Positions 9,897 through 20,065 of a stretch of 64,000 bases of DNA are shown here, piece by piece. The notes beneath the pieces are model-generated. The model was given only the letters and a program-made list of their open reading frames with translations, was not told where the DNA came from and ran no database searches. Origin of the DNA: Candidatus Fermentibacterota bacterium (GTDB lineage Bacteria; Fermentibacterota; Fermentibacteria; Fermentibacterales; JCC-6); assembly GCA_963845085.1 (NCBI GenBank), contig CAWJQI010000004.1, positions 544,001 to 608,000 on the forward strand, in the 5' to 3' direction. The position numbers were made by a program, and so were the translations under genes. Each line of letters starts with the position of its first letter. The stretch's first letter is position 1.

Positions 9897-11020
9897 CGGC
9901 TTGCTCGGCCCTTCAGTGCAAGCGCCTCACGGTAGACATCGACCGTTGCGCCCACCATCTTCTCAACTGTAAACCCGGCAAGGATCCGCTCCCTGCCGGA
10001 ACCGCCCATTCTCTCGCACATGCCGGGATCATTCGCCAGAAGGAGAAGCCGGTCTGCGATGAGCCCCGGATCGGCCTTGGGGAGGATGAAACCATCAACG
10101 GAATCCCTCACCAGTTCGGGATTTCCCCCGCCGGCCGTGCAGAGCACCGGAAGCCCGGAAGCCATGCACTCCATCAAAAAGTTCGACATTCCCTCACCCA
10201 GCGGGGAGAGTAGGATGCCGGCATGAGATTCATACAGCCATGGAATAATACTACCGGTTCTGCCGGGGAAAAATACGGAGTCCCCGCACCCGCTCTCCTG
10301 CGCCAGTTTCCGAAGCTTCGGCCGATCCCGGCCATCGCCGAGAAGGTTGAAGACGAACCTGCCGGGCACCCTGACTCGAAGGATGGCGGCAGCCCGCACC
10401 AGTGATGCGAAATCCTTGTGGGAGGCCATCGAACCGGCCATGATCACTGTGAACGGCTTTTCAACTCCAGACGGGCGCGACAGGCCGGAAAGCCTTGCCG
10501 GATCGAAACCGTTCGCCACCAGTCTTGCCCTTCTGCACGGAATTCCCCATGCCCGGAGCCCGGCAGCGCTGTTCCCTACGGAAAGACATCCCAGCCTCGA
10601 TGCTAGAAAGAGCCTCAACCTCTTCCTGGAGGGCAGCGTACCCATCCTCACAAGACCCGTGACATGGGCAGAAGAGCCCTGCCGCCTCGATGCGGCCTCC
10701 ATGAGGAAAGAGCTTATCCAGCCCCAGGAATGAACTATGTCGGGTTTGAAACCGGATGAAAGGGAGATCGCCGTACCCATTGCCTGGCAACGATTTCTTC
10801 CTTCGGCCCTTCCGATCAGGCGTGGGATGCCCATGGCCTCAAGTTCAGCCGCCATCACCCCTCCGTGAAAAGCCCATACAGACACATCCGCGATCTCTTT
10901 CAGCCCCCGGCAAAGAAGGCAGAACTGCCTCTCCGCCCCCCCCGGTCCGAGGCCGTCGATTGCGAGGAGAACCCTCAGCCGCCTCCCGCCGTCGTCTGAA
11001 TTGCCTTCCGGAAGCTTCAT
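9893..11020 (-). CDS. Glycosyltransferase family 4
   Basis: GGAERQ, EGMSNFLMECMASG; ATG at 11020 overlaps the upstream stop. Confidence 0.92.
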   Translation of the reverse strand: MKLPEGNSDDGGRRLRVLLAIDGLGPGGAERQFCLLCRGLKEIADVSVWAFHGGVMAAELEAMGIPRLIGRAEGRNRCQAMGTAISLSSGFKPDIVHSWGWISSFLMEAASRRQGSSAHVTGLVRMGTLPSRKRLRLFLASRLGCLSVGNSAAGLRAWGIPCRRARLVANGFDPARLSGLSRPSGVEKPFTVIMAGSMASHKDFASLVRAAAILRVRVPGRFVFNLLGDGRDRPKLRKLAQESGCGDSVFFPGRTGSIIPWLYESHAGILLSPLGEGMSNFLMECMASGLPVLCTAGGGNPELVRDSVDGFILPKADPGLIADRLLLLANDPGMCERMGGSGRERILAGFTVEKMVGATVDVYREALALKGRASR

Positions 11021-12489
11021 TTCCCCACCTCGGAGCCGGCCCACGCGAAATGCCTTCTGAAGGCTTCCAGGGTCGGTATCGAGGAGAGCCCCATGTACGC
11101 AAGTCCGTCCGGGTCAACGACTGCGGATACTTCCTCCACCGGGCACGGTGCAAAGCCCCACGTGCTTCGGAACCCGTTGCCAACGATCCTGAGCCCGAGC
11201 GGGCTGATCCCGACGACCGCTGCGGACACCGCATCCACAAGCAGGGGGGAGGCGCCCGCTATTATCAGCCGTGACGGCCTCGGATCGGCATCGAGCGGTC
11301 CGTTACCCTCGCCGCCGACGATCCCGTCGACCACGTTGAAGAACCTCCGGACCGGGCGGTCATGAACGACGCCATCGCTGTCGCAGTATGTGAGGATGGC
11401 GGCGAGGTCAAGAACCGTTCTCCAGATCGTGTCGTTGCCGGGCCAGTTCCCGCTTCGAACCACGTTTTTCGTTGAGCCGAACAGCTTGTATCCCAACGGT
11501 TTGACGATACCGATCAAAGCGCTGGTCATTCGACCCCCGCGGACTAGCATCTTCTTTGCGCCCGAAACGGTCAGGTTTTCAAGATGCCCTGCACGCCTGC
11601 CGTCAGGGTACTGGTCCCCCCCCTTCGACGGGGGACCGAACCTGTAGTGCGGCAGAAGGTTCTTGTTGCCGGTCAAACCAACCATGCCCTTCAGGCAGCC
11701 GGTCAGTCCGCACTTCTTGTGGGTTTTAAGCTTGGGTATGTTGATGATCACGTCGGCCGCGAGCGCAGTACCGCATACCTCATAGACGTGCCTGCCCCCC
11801 GAGTGGTTCAGGTTCGTTTCCGCTGTGTCATACCCCGCCCCGTAGAACTGGGGCGATTCCGGTGTGCCGTGAAAATGGCTCCGTTCGGCAAGGTCGATCC
11901 TGCGAACGCCCATCGGATCGCCGGCGAGTGCCACTTTGCCGCTGCACACGCCTTTTGTGACCATCCAGCGCTCGCTGCGAAGGTCACTAAGCGAGAGGGG
12001 TATGCCGGATCTGCGGGCGATCTCATCGGTCATCTCTTTGAGACCGGTGCGCCGGGCGATGAGGTCGAAGTCGGAATCAGTCTGGGGGGAATCGGCAATG
12101 ACTATCCGCCCCGCCCCGGAAAGCGCGATGCATACATAGTCAAGCACAGCCCTTACGACAGCCGCCGAGGTTACGATCTGCTCCCACTGGTCCGGTCTTC
12201 CCTCGCGGTTCTCGCAAACCAGATTGGGTTTCACAAGAACCGTGTCGAAAGGCCTCACGATCCCGCCAAGCGGATTCCATGAAGCCGTACCCGCGTTGCC
12301 GCCGTCCAGACCGAGTGCGGCGAAAGACCTTCTCACAGCATCATAGGCATGGTTGATCCGGCGACCGGCTGGTTCGTTCCACGGGTACTCCGGCGGGGCG
12401 ATCCCCGGATCGAATGGAGATTCAAGCGGATAGACAGCCTCACCGGTTCTCACGATGGCCGTCGTCCGATAGTCGAGCATGCCTGTCAT
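11017..12489 (-). CDS. DUF362 domain protein (paralog of 4998..6386)
   Basis: VLVKPNLV, NIPKLKTHKK, GCLKGMVG, GEGNGP motifs. Confidence 0.87.
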   Translation of the reverse strand: MTGMLDYRTTAIVRTGEAVYPLESPFDPGIAPPEYPWNEPAGRRINHAYDAVRRSFAALGLDGGNAGTASWNPLGGIVRPFDTVLVKPNLVCENREGRPDQWEQIVTSAAVVRAVLDYVCIALSGAGRIVIADSPQTDSDFDLIARRTGLKEMTDEIARRSGIPLSLSDLRSERWMVTKGVCSGKVALAGDPMGVRRIDLAERSHFHGTPESPQFYGAGYDTAETNLNHSGGRHVYEVCGTALAADVIINIPKLKTHKKCGLTGCLKGMVGLTGNKNLLPHYRFGPPSKGGDQYPDGRRAGHLENLTVSGAKKMLVRGGRMTSALIGIVKPLGYKLFGSTKNVVRSGNWPGNDTIWRTVLDLAAILTYCDSDGVVHDRPVRRFFNVVDGIVGGEGNGPLDADPRPSRLIIAGASPLLVDAVSAAVVGISPLGLRIVGNGFRSTWGFAPCPVEEVSAVVDPDGLAYMGLSSIPTLEAFRRHFAWAGSEVGK

Positions 12490-12592
12490 CCTGTTCCGTA
12501 ACGGCCACTGGCGCCCATTGAGTGCGTGAACGATGACATTACTATATTCAGGCGTTCACACAAAGGTGATATCAATCGGAACAGGGGTTGCT

Positions 12593-14014
12593 GTGTACTC
12601 CGGCTTGAAATACAGTGTGTACAGCTCTCTACCGGTCTGGCTGCAGAACCTTGCGGTGTCATCAATTGCGTCGATCAGGCTTTTCCATGAAACACGAGCC
12701 CCCTTTCGAAGGCTGGTCGCCAGCCTCAACGACATGCAGCAATGGCCTGCGCACCAGGTCAGAAGCTTTCAGGAACAGCGTCTTGCAGAGGTTCTTATCG
12801 CAGCGGGATGCGCGCCCTACTACGCGGGGATGATCCCGGACGCGGCCACTGTCAGGGTCGACCCCATAGGTGTCTTGAAAACCCTCCCAGTTCTGGACAA
12901 GAAAACGGTCGCAGGGAACACCGAGGCGTTCATCAGCAGCAAGGCGGACAGGTCAAGGCTTGTGAGGTACGGTACCAGCGGCACCACCGGCTTCCCGCTT
13001 CATGTTTTCTGGAACAGGTCCGCAATCGACTGGGAGCGCGCCCTGATCTGGAGGCACAGGCTTGGCGCGGGGTGCCGGATGGGGCGGGACTGGGTGGGCA
13101 TGCTCGGCGGTCACCGGATCGTCCCGACGGGGCAGAATTCCCCTCCGTTCTGGAGGGAGTGCCCTCCGGCAAAGCTTTCCTACCTCTCCACCTACCACAT
13201 TTCCCCGGACAACGTCAGCCACTACGTCAGGTATTTTGAACAGCGCGGGATCGTGTTTTTGTCCGGCTACCCGTCCGCACTGTATGCACTTGCCCTTTCG
13301 ATGCGAAGGGACGGCCTCTGTTGTCCCATGAAGGGTGTTTTCTACGGCGCCGAGCCCCTTCACGACTTCCAGCGCAGGGCTGTCGAGGAAGCTTTCAGCT
13401 GCCATCTCTGGGACTTCTACGGGCTGACGGAGAGGGTCGTTTCCGCAAGCGAGTTCGAGTGCAGGAACGGGCTTCACATAAACTGGGAGAACTCGTTCTT
13501 CGAGCTCCTTGATTCTTCTGGAAACGATGTTCCTGCGGGGCAGCCCGGGGAGCTGGTCGGAACCTCGCTGAGCAATACCGCCTTCACTCTGCTCAGGTAC
13601 CGCACCGGGGACATGACCAGGCTGCTCTCCGGTGATTGCCCGTGCGGAAGGGCTTCCCCGCGCATTGCCGCAGTCGACACAAAGGTCGAGGACCTGCTGG
13701 TGATGCCTGGGGGCAAGCTGCTTTCAGCATCGAACCTCACCATTCCGTTCAAAAGTGTTTCATGCATCCGTCATGCTCAGATCTACCAGCGGGAGCCACG
13801 CGAGCTGATAGTCAGGATAGTTCCCGACGACGGATTCAGCAGTGCACTGGCCGACAGGCTGGTCAGGGGCCTTCAGGACGCCCTGCCCCCGGATGTGTCG
13901 GTAAGGATCGACATTGTCGAATCGATCCCGTTGAACAAGTCGGGAAAGTACTCCTTCGCCGTTTCAGATGTGAAGGGCGACCAGAGAAGCATCACCAGGC
14001 AGGAACAGGTCTGA
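12593..14014 (+). CDS. Phenylacetate-CoA ligase-like / CapK-type adenylate-forming protein
   Basis: TSGTTG, YGLTE, LLRYRTGD, SGK motifs; GTG at 12593 chosen as start. Confidence 0.88.
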   Translation: MYSGLKYSVYSSLPVWLQNLAVSSIASIRLFHETRAPFRRLVASLNDMQQWPAHQVRSFQEQRLAEVLIAAGCAPYYAGMIPDAATVRVDPIGVLKTLPVLDKKTVAGNTEAFISSKADRSRLVRYGTSGTTGFPLHVFWNRSAIDWERALIWRHRLGAGCRMGRDWVGMLGGHRIVPTGQNSPPFWRECPPAKLSYLSTYHISPDNVSHYVRYFEQRGIVFLSGYPSALYALALSMRRDGLCCPMKGVFYGAEPLHDFQRRAVEEAFSCHLWDFYGLTERVVSASEFECRNGLHINWENSFFELLDSSGNDVPAGQPGELVGTSLSNTAFTLLRYRTGDMTRLLSGDCPCGRASPRIAAVDTKVEDLLVMPGGKLLSASNLTIPFKSVSCIRHAQIYQREPRELIVRIVPDDGFSSALADRLVRGLQDALPPDVSVRIDIVESIPLNKSGKYSFAVSDVKGDQRSITRQEQV

Positions 14015-14030
14015 TCCCGTCCGGCGGGAA

Positions 14031-15056
14031 TCAGCAGACCCCTTCTGTCAGCAGGCTGCAGATCCTTCCGACCATGCCGGGAGGCGGAGGGATCGGGCAT
14101 CTCCTGCCGCTTCCGGGTGAAGGCAGCGAAGGCAGATCGTGAATGTTTGAGAGCGTTTTGAGGGCTCCCATTTCTACAAGACGCTCGTCAACTTTCCCGG
14201 GTCTTCCCCTGAAAAAGCTGCAGGATGGAACACCCAGTATGGCCGCCTCCCTCGTCATTGTTCCCCCTCCGCCAACAACCATGCTCATGGCGAGGATCAA
14301 CTGCGGCCCGGGATAGACACGCCTGGGAACAATGACCCTGGCCGCGTGCCTGCCTTCAACAAGAGCGTTCAGTTCGGGCGTTCTCGGAACCCACACGAGC
14401 TCCACATCCTTATTCTCCAGAAGCATAGCAAGGAGGGCTTTCAGGATCTCCTCCGACTCGGGGTTGTGGTAATGGGCAGTTGTGGCGGGAGGCCGCAGAA
14501 GGACCCGTATCTTCCCGTCGGTCAGCCCCAGTTCGGCTGCGATCGCGGGATCGGGTTCAATGTCGCTCAGATAGAGGTTCTCCTTGAACCCCGGATAGAA
14601 CGCGACTTTGCCCGAATCGATACCGGCCTCGGCGCACCTTTCCACGGTTATTGCCTCCGGAAGGAGTATCCTGGTGCAGAACCCGTTGAAGATGGCGGGA
14701 TTGACCCACTCGTAATCGTACATCGTGATGCTCGGGATGCCGAGCAGCCGCGATGCGATTGGCAGCGACCTCGACCCGTGGCCGAACGAAATGTCGGCAC
14801 GCCACTTCCTCATCCTCTTCGCAAGCTGCAAAGCCCTTCCAACGGTACCCATGGCCTTGGCAAGCGATGATCTTCCGTACGCTCCGCCGACCCTTGTGCA
14901 GCTCAGGCCGTACATGTCAAGCAGCTGGCAGGTATCGGCCCTGTCCCTCGCCGTGAAGGCGACGATGTGGCCCCGCCGGGTCAGCTCTTCCGCAAGTGGT
15001 TTCATCACAAGAACATGCGGTGCATTGTCCGCATCAAACCAGATCTTCACGGCCAC
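14031..15056 (-). CDS. DUF354 family protein (GT-B-like)
   Basis: KIWFDADNAPHV, YDYE, GGGTMTREAAILG motifs. Confidence 0.88.
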   Translation of the reverse strand: MAVKIWFDADNAPHVLVMKPLAEELTRRGHIVAFTARDRADTCQLLDMYGLSCTRVGGAYGRSSLAKAMGTVGRALQLAKRMRKWRADISFGHGSRSLPIASRLLGIPSITMYDYEWVNPAIFNGFCTRILLPEAITVERCAEAGIDSGKVAFYPGFKENLYLSDIEPDPAIAAELGLTDGKIRVLLRPPATTAHYHNPESEEILKALLAMLLENKDVELVWVPRTPELNALVEGRHAARVIVPRRVYPGPQLILAMSMVVGGGGTMTREAAILGVPSCSFFRGRPGKVDERLVEMGALKTLSNIHDLPSLPSPGSGRRCPIPPPPGMVGRICSLLTEGVC

Positions 15057-16293
15057 CCCCGGACGGATTATGGAGATAATCGCACAATGCCTTGAACATC
15101 CATCCCTGGCTCCAGCGCATGTGGATCTGTTCCTTCAGCATTCCTACCCGATTCTTCCGGAATCCGAAGCCATCGAGCCCTTCGATCCAGAGAAGCGTGA
15201 CCGCCCTTTCAAGCACTCTCTTCGCATCCTCCCTGAAGCCCGCCCTGTTCAGCGTGATTGCTCCCTGTGCAAAGCAGTGCGGATCGATCGGCCGGATCCT
15301 GTCACTGTAGTATTTCGCGGTGCCGTCTTCCGTGAACATGCTTGTTCTGTAGAAGTCCATGCCTCTTGCAACGGCTTGCCCGCATTCATGGCTGCCGACA
15401 AGGTCTGAAATGTCCTTCATGGCCTCCAGCACGAAGCCGGTGTGAAGGCCGTCGACCCATTGCCAGTGCTCTGCCTCTCCGTAAACCCAGCTTCCGTCCC
15501 CCCTCTGCCTTTTCAGAACGTATCTGCATGCTTCCCTGGCCGTGCGAACATAGTCCGCCGCTTTCTCCCCCCCCACGATCCCCGGAAAACTCGAGGCGCA
15601 TGCAAGTATGCGCGCGGCGAAAAGCGAGGCATTGAACACCCTCGAATCGTCTTTCGGGGAATAGCTGAAGATCAGACCGCTCCCGTCGGTGTGCCTGTTA
15701 AGCGAACCCATGACAAAAGCTGCAAGGCCCGCTGCAACAGGCGGGAAAAAAGAGCTTCCCGAATCACGCAGGGCATCGAGCACAAAGGCCGAGCAAACAG
15801 CGGTGGGAAACCAGGCCGGCTGCAGGAACGCCCTGCTCTGCCAGGGAAAATCGTAACCCCACCCTATCGGACCGGCCCCTGCCACTTCGGAAGGCGTGAT
15901 GTCGTTCCGGAACTCCCTGTCCGCAGAAAAGACGGGAGAACCATCCGGCCTGGAGGCAAGGCTCAAGAGCATTTGCGTAAGGTGCATCATGATGTTGCGT
16001 TCCGGGTCGCCTTCCCCCGGCGGACGGTGACCGGAGCGGAGGCCCAGCCCGGACAGGAACAGCGCAAGCCCCTTCGGGTTGCGGCCCTGCGGCACCAGTA
16101 GCACACGTCTGGGGTCAAACGGTGAATTCTTGACGATCTGGATTACGGCCAGGCGAAGCAGCCGGGACGAGCCAAGAACAGGCCGGAGAAGCCTGCTGTT
16201 CAGTCCGTCGTAGGGATCGGTTCCCCTGAAATCCCTCGATACGGCCCAGGAGAGGACGGTGTCGGCAATACGCCGAAATTCATCATTCTCCAT
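15034..16293 (-). CDS. Conserved capsule-locus protein, probable (alpha/alpha)-barrel
   Basis: DPYDGLNS, WGYDFPWQ, FSYSP, WVDGLHTGF, MRWSQGWM motifs recalled from an uncharacterised family found next to bi-domain oxidoreductases. Confidence 0.7.
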   Translation of the reverse strand: MENDEFRRIADTVLSWAVSRDFRGTDPYDGLNSRLLRPVLGSSRLLRLAVIQIVKNSPFDPRRVLLVPQGRNPKGLALFLSGLGLRSGHRPPGEGDPERNIMMHLTQMLLSLASRPDGSPVFSADREFRNDITPSEVAGAGPIGWGYDFPWQSRAFLQPAWFPTAVCSAFVLDALRDSGSSFFPPVAAGLAAFVMGSLNRHTDGSGLIFSYSPKDDSRVFNASLFAARILACASSFPGIVGGEKAADYVRTAREACRYVLKRQRGDGSWVYGEAEHWQWVDGLHTGFVLEAMKDISDLVGSHECGQAVARGMDFYRTSMFTEDGTAKYYSDRIRPIDPHCFAQGAITLNRAGFREDAKRVLERAVTLLWIEGLDGFGFRKNRVGMLKEQIHMRWSQGWMFKALCDYLHNPSGGGREDLV

Positions 16294-16296
16294 GGA

Positions 16297-18474
16297 TCAG
16301 ATCTTCCCGGTGTCGACCTGTACCGCACGGCCGGTCCCAATGCTTTCAAGAACCGCAAAACTTGCGAGGGTGACCGCTGTCTGGGAATCCATGGAAATGG
16401 CCGGAATACCGGTTCGCACGGCGGAGACGAACGCCGCGATCTCCTCGGAATGCCCCTTGCCGCTGAACCTCTTCACGGTTCTTCCCGATCCTGCGTAAAG
16501 CTCCAGCCGGCTGAAGTTGTCGATCACGGCGCTCCGGCTGCCGCAAAAAACCTCGAACCTTTCCTTCGGCATCGATTTGCCGCCCTCTGCAAAATACCCG
16601 ATCGAACCCACCGAGCCATCCCCGAACCTGATGCTTATCACGGTGTTGTCCTCACGGACGACCGATTCGTCACGGGTATCGATGCAGAAGGCGTGAACGG
16701 CCACCGGGACTGAATCGGCGAAATAGTGCATGAGGTCGATGAAATGGCATGCTTCTCCGAGTATCCTTCCACCGCCCTGCGAAGTCTGGGTCCAGTGTGT
16801 CCGGGGGATGTGGCCTGCACTTATCCTGTAGAACATCGTAAGCGGTGCGTGGTCAATGCCGATGAACCTCTTCGCGGCCCCAGCAGCCGGTGAAAACCTT
16901 CTGTTGAAACCGACCTGAACCAGAGTGCCGGTCCCCCGCTGCAAGTCGCTGATCCGTCTCAACTCATCCCTCGAAAGGCACAGTGGTTTTTCCACGAAGA
17001 CGGGCTTCTCCGCCCGGATGCACGCAAGAACTGATTCAGCGTGTGTGTCGTGTCTTGTGGCGACCACTATGGCATGGGTTTCAGGATCGGCAAGGATCGC
17101 GTCGAGGCTGTCGACCGCTCGTCTGAATCCCAGCCTCTCGCCCGTATCAGCGGCGGTCAGCCCGCTGCGGGTGCACACCGCTGAAAAGTACACCTTGGGG
17201 TCCTTTGAGAGGGGTGGAAGCAGGAATGTCTGTGCAAACGAGCCGGGGCCTGCAACCGCCAGCCCTATCCTGTCAGCCGGAACCGGCTTTGCCGATGCAG
17301 AAAGTGCGACAGTGCCGGTCCGCCCCCTGACGGCGTCAGGATATTCTATCAGCATTCCACAGAAGGGTTCGCTCTTCCCGGAGATGATCTCGTAAGCCCC
17401 GGGCGAGTCATCAAAGCCGAAAACGTGGGTGGTGACGCTGACGGGATCGACCGCGCCCGAGGCCATGCAGTCAAGAACGGCTTCGAGGTTCCTGCCCTCC
17501 GTCCATCTGACGAAAGGGAAGGGGTAGTCGATTCCCTCTTCTTCGTATGTCGGATCGTACCTGCCGGGCCCGTACGAGCAGGACACGGTGAAACGGATTT
17601 CCTTGGTGTAGTAGTTCTCCCTCGGAATGTCCATTCCAACCGCGCCGACAACAACAACCCTGCCGCGCTTCCTTGCAAGATCCCCTGCAAGTTCCACGGG
17701 CTGATTGCCGGATGTTCCCGCGCAGATGATCACCATGTCGGCGCCCCTGCCGCGGGTGAAATCGCTTACCATCCCCTCGATGCCATCCCTGCCGGTCACC
17801 CCTCCGGCATGTATGGAACCCGTCCCGATGCCGAGTCTGACCTGGTTTTCATCGGTATCTGTCCCAAAAACACGGCATCCGTTCGATTTCAGCAGTTGGG
17901 CAGCAAGCTGCCCGACGATCCCCAGCCCGATGACCACAACCGATTCTCCAAGCGTCGGTTCCAAAAGCCGAACCCCCTGCAGGGAGATCGAGGCAATGGT
18001 AGCGTATGCGGCGGCCCTCGGATCAACAGCATGCGGGAGCCTTACGACAAGGTTCCTGGGAACGACAACCTCATCCGCATGATTCGCGTACCCGCCTCCT
18101 GCGCAGGCGACCAGATCGCCGACCTCGAGGCCGGCAATTCCCGGCGGAAGTTCTGTCACGACTCCGCAGAGGCTGTAACCAAGAGGCTGTGCTCCCTCGA
18201 GCTTGCTCCGGACTTTCAGATATGTGGCCTTAAGCCCCATCGACCTTGCCATTCCGACGACCTGCATGGCCTGGGCCGGTTTCGCCCTGGCCTTGCCGAG
18301 CAGGGACATCCTGCCGGTGATCACCTTTGCGCCCTCGGTACCGGCGCTGATGGCGGAGTAAAGAGTTCTCACCCGCACAAATCCCTGAATCAGAACGGGA
18401 TCGGGAGCCTCAAACACGCGGACGGAACCGTCGCTGAGTTTCTGCCCAAGGATCTTCAAGCGTCTCGCCTCCAA
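16297..18474 (-). CDS. Bi-domain oxidoreductase (MDR dehydrogenase + Gfo/Idh/MocA)
   Basis: ISAGTE, PLGYS, GLGIVG, SCSYGPGRYD, then VFVEKP, VGFNRRF, GEACHFID. Confidence 0.92.
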   Translation of the reverse strand: MEARRLKILGQKLSDGSVRVFEAPDPVLIQGFVRVRTLYSAISAGTEGAKVITGRMSLLGKARAKPAQAMQVVGMARSMGLKATYLKVRSKLEGAQPLGYSLCGVVTELPPGIAGLEVGDLVACAGGGYANHADEVVVPRNLVVRLPHAVDPRAAAYATIASISLQGVRLLEPTLGESVVVIGLGIVGQLAAQLLKSNGCRVFGTDTDENQVRLGIGTGSIHAGGVTGRDGIEGMVSDFTRGRGADMVIICAGTSGNQPVELAGDLARKRGRVVVVGAVGMDIPRENYYTKEIRFTVSCSYGPGRYDPTYEEEGIDYPFPFVRWTEGRNLEAVLDCMASGAVDPVSVTTHVFGFDDSPGAYEIISGKSEPFCGMLIEYPDAVRGRTGTVALSASAKPVPADRIGLAVAGPGSFAQTFLLPPLSKDPKVYFSAVCTRSGLTAADTGERLGFRRAVDSLDAILADPETHAIVVATRHDTHAESVLACIRAEKPVFVEKPLCLSRDELRRISDLQRGTGTLVQVGFNRRFSPAAGAAKRFIGIDHAPLTMFYRISAGHIPRTHWTQTSQGGGRILGEACHFIDLMHYFADSVPVAVHAFCIDTRDESVVREDNTVISIRFGDGSVGSIGYFAEGGKSMPKERFEVFCGSRSAVIDNFSRLELYAGSGRTVKRFSGKGHSEEIAAFVSAVRTGIPAISMDSQTAVTLASFAVLESIGTGRAVQVDTGKI

Positions 18475-18527
18475 TTATGGTGTTCAACACTGCAAGAATA
18501 ACTCAGGGCCGGGCATTTCGAAAGACC

Positions 18528-18563
18528 CGCCGTCGCCTGCCCGCGGAAAGGCAGGGGCGGCGG
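18528..18563 (-). terminator. GC-rich hairpin just downstream of the MBOAT gene (possible terminator or processing stem)
   Basis: ccgccg/cggcgg and cctgcc/ggcagg arms; weak U-tract. Confidence 0.4.
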
Positions 18564-18566
18564 TAT

Positions 18567-20000
18567 TCAGAACTGCGCGTAGATGAAGCCGTTGCTTCCA
18601 AACGCCCCGAACACCGCAACGAGAATGATGGCAGCCTCGTAGATCACCCACCGGACGAAAACGGGAAAACCTTCGACCGCAAGAAAATGTTCCTTGTCAC
18701 GCTGGAACCACTCGATGACAAGAAGAAGGAAACAGGCGAGCAGCATCGGAAGGAATGACCCGTACTCGAGCGACAGGAAGGGATGGCTGACCGCCCGTGC
18801 AAGAAACCCGACCGCCTGGCTGAAGGAATCAGCCATGAAAAAAACCCATGCGAACGAGGTCATGAGGAATGTGAAAGCCATTGCCCGGCCCTCCCTGAAT
18901 GTGGGTGTGACCCGGCCGGCTGCCGGCAGGCCGATGTACCTGGGGTGCATTTTCCTGAGGGTCAGGGGCAGGAAGTAAAGGCCGTGCAGAAAGCCCCAGA
19001 AGACAAAGGTCCATGCGGGTTCATGCCACAGGCCGCACAGCGCAAAGGTGAAAACGATGCATGCCGCCTTCCTGCGGCGTGAAGGCCGTATCCCGCACAT
19101 CGGCACATAAAGGTAATCCCGTAGCCAGGATGATAGCGAGATGTGCCACCGCCTCCAGAACTCGGCGATGTCCCTTGAGAAGAATGGTACAGAGAAGTTC
19201 CGCATCGACCTGAACCCAAGGAGCTTTCCGATCCCGATCGCGAGATCGGAATAGCCTGCAAAATCGCAGTAAAGCTGCATTGCCGCAAAGAACACGCCGA
19301 TTACGAGGCTTAGGCCGTCGTAGTTTCCGTAGTTCGAGAACAGCTCGCCAACAACAGGCACCAGGTTGTCGGCTATGATCAGCTTTTTCATCAAGCCGGA
19401 CAGGATCTGCCTGAGACCGTCGCGCGCCTGTGCGTTGCTGAACTCCCGTCTTTCCAGAAACTGTGGAAGCAGCGTGCCGGCCCTGTCTATGGGGCCCGCC
19501 AGAAGTTGCGGAAAGAATGCCACAAAGGAGAAAAAGGCCACCGGGTCGCGAGTGGGCTCAATGGTTTCACGGTAGATGTCGATCGTGTACGACAGCCTTT
19601 TGAAGGTAAAATAGCTTATGCCTACCGGCATTATTATGCCAAGACTTACCGGATTTGATTCAAGACCGAAAAGGCCGAGGAATCCGGCAGCGGATTCGAG
19701 AAAGAAGCCGAGGTACTTGAAATAACCCAGAAGGGCGAGATTCACGAACAGGCTTGACCGGATCAGGGCTTTTCTTCGCGCGGCTCTGCGCTCCGTGCCG
19801 AGACGTGACCCGATGAAGAAATCGATGGCTGTACCGCCGAAAAGAAGGGCTGCAAACCGCAGGTCAAGGGTCGCGTAGAAAAAATAGCTCGAAACGAGAA
19901 GAAGCAGGTTCTGAGCGCGGCTGCCTGCCTTCCCCATGCTCCAGTACAGTGCGAACACTATCGGGAAGAAAACAATGAACCAGGTCGAGGTGAACTGCAT
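18567..20000 (-). CDS. MBOAT O-acetyltransferase (AlgI/DltB family)
   Basis: PVGISYFTF, FFPQLLAGPI, YCDFAGYSD, FWRRWHISLSSW, GLWH. Confidence 0.95.
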   Translation of the reverse strand: MQFTSTWFIVFFPIVFALYWSMGKAGSRAQNLLLLVSSYFFYATLDLRFAALLFGGTAIDFFIGSRLGTERRAARRKALIRSSLFVNLALLGYFKYLGFFLESAAGFLGLFGLESNPVSLGIIMPVGISYFTFKRLSYTIDIYRETIEPTRDPVAFFSFVAFFPQLLAGPIDRAGTLLPQFLERREFSNAQARDGLRQILSGLMKKLIIADNLVPVVGELFSNYGNYDGLSLVIGVFFAAMQLYCDFAGYSDLAIGIGKLLGFRSMRNFSVPFFSRDIAEFWRRWHISLSSWLRDYLYVPMCGIRPSRRRKAACIVFTFALCGLWHEPAWTFVFWGFLHGLYFLPLTLRKMHPRYIGLPAAGRVTPTFREGRAMAFTFLMTSFAWVFFMADSFSQAVGFLARAVSHPFLSLEYGSFLPMLLACFLLLVIEWFQRDKEHFLAVEGFPVFVRWVIYEAAIILVAVFGAFGSNGFIYAQF

Positions 20001-20065
20001 CAGCAGCCCGGCTCTTTCAGTTGGCGCAAGGGCAAACGGTTACCTCCGAAACGCACACAGGCATA

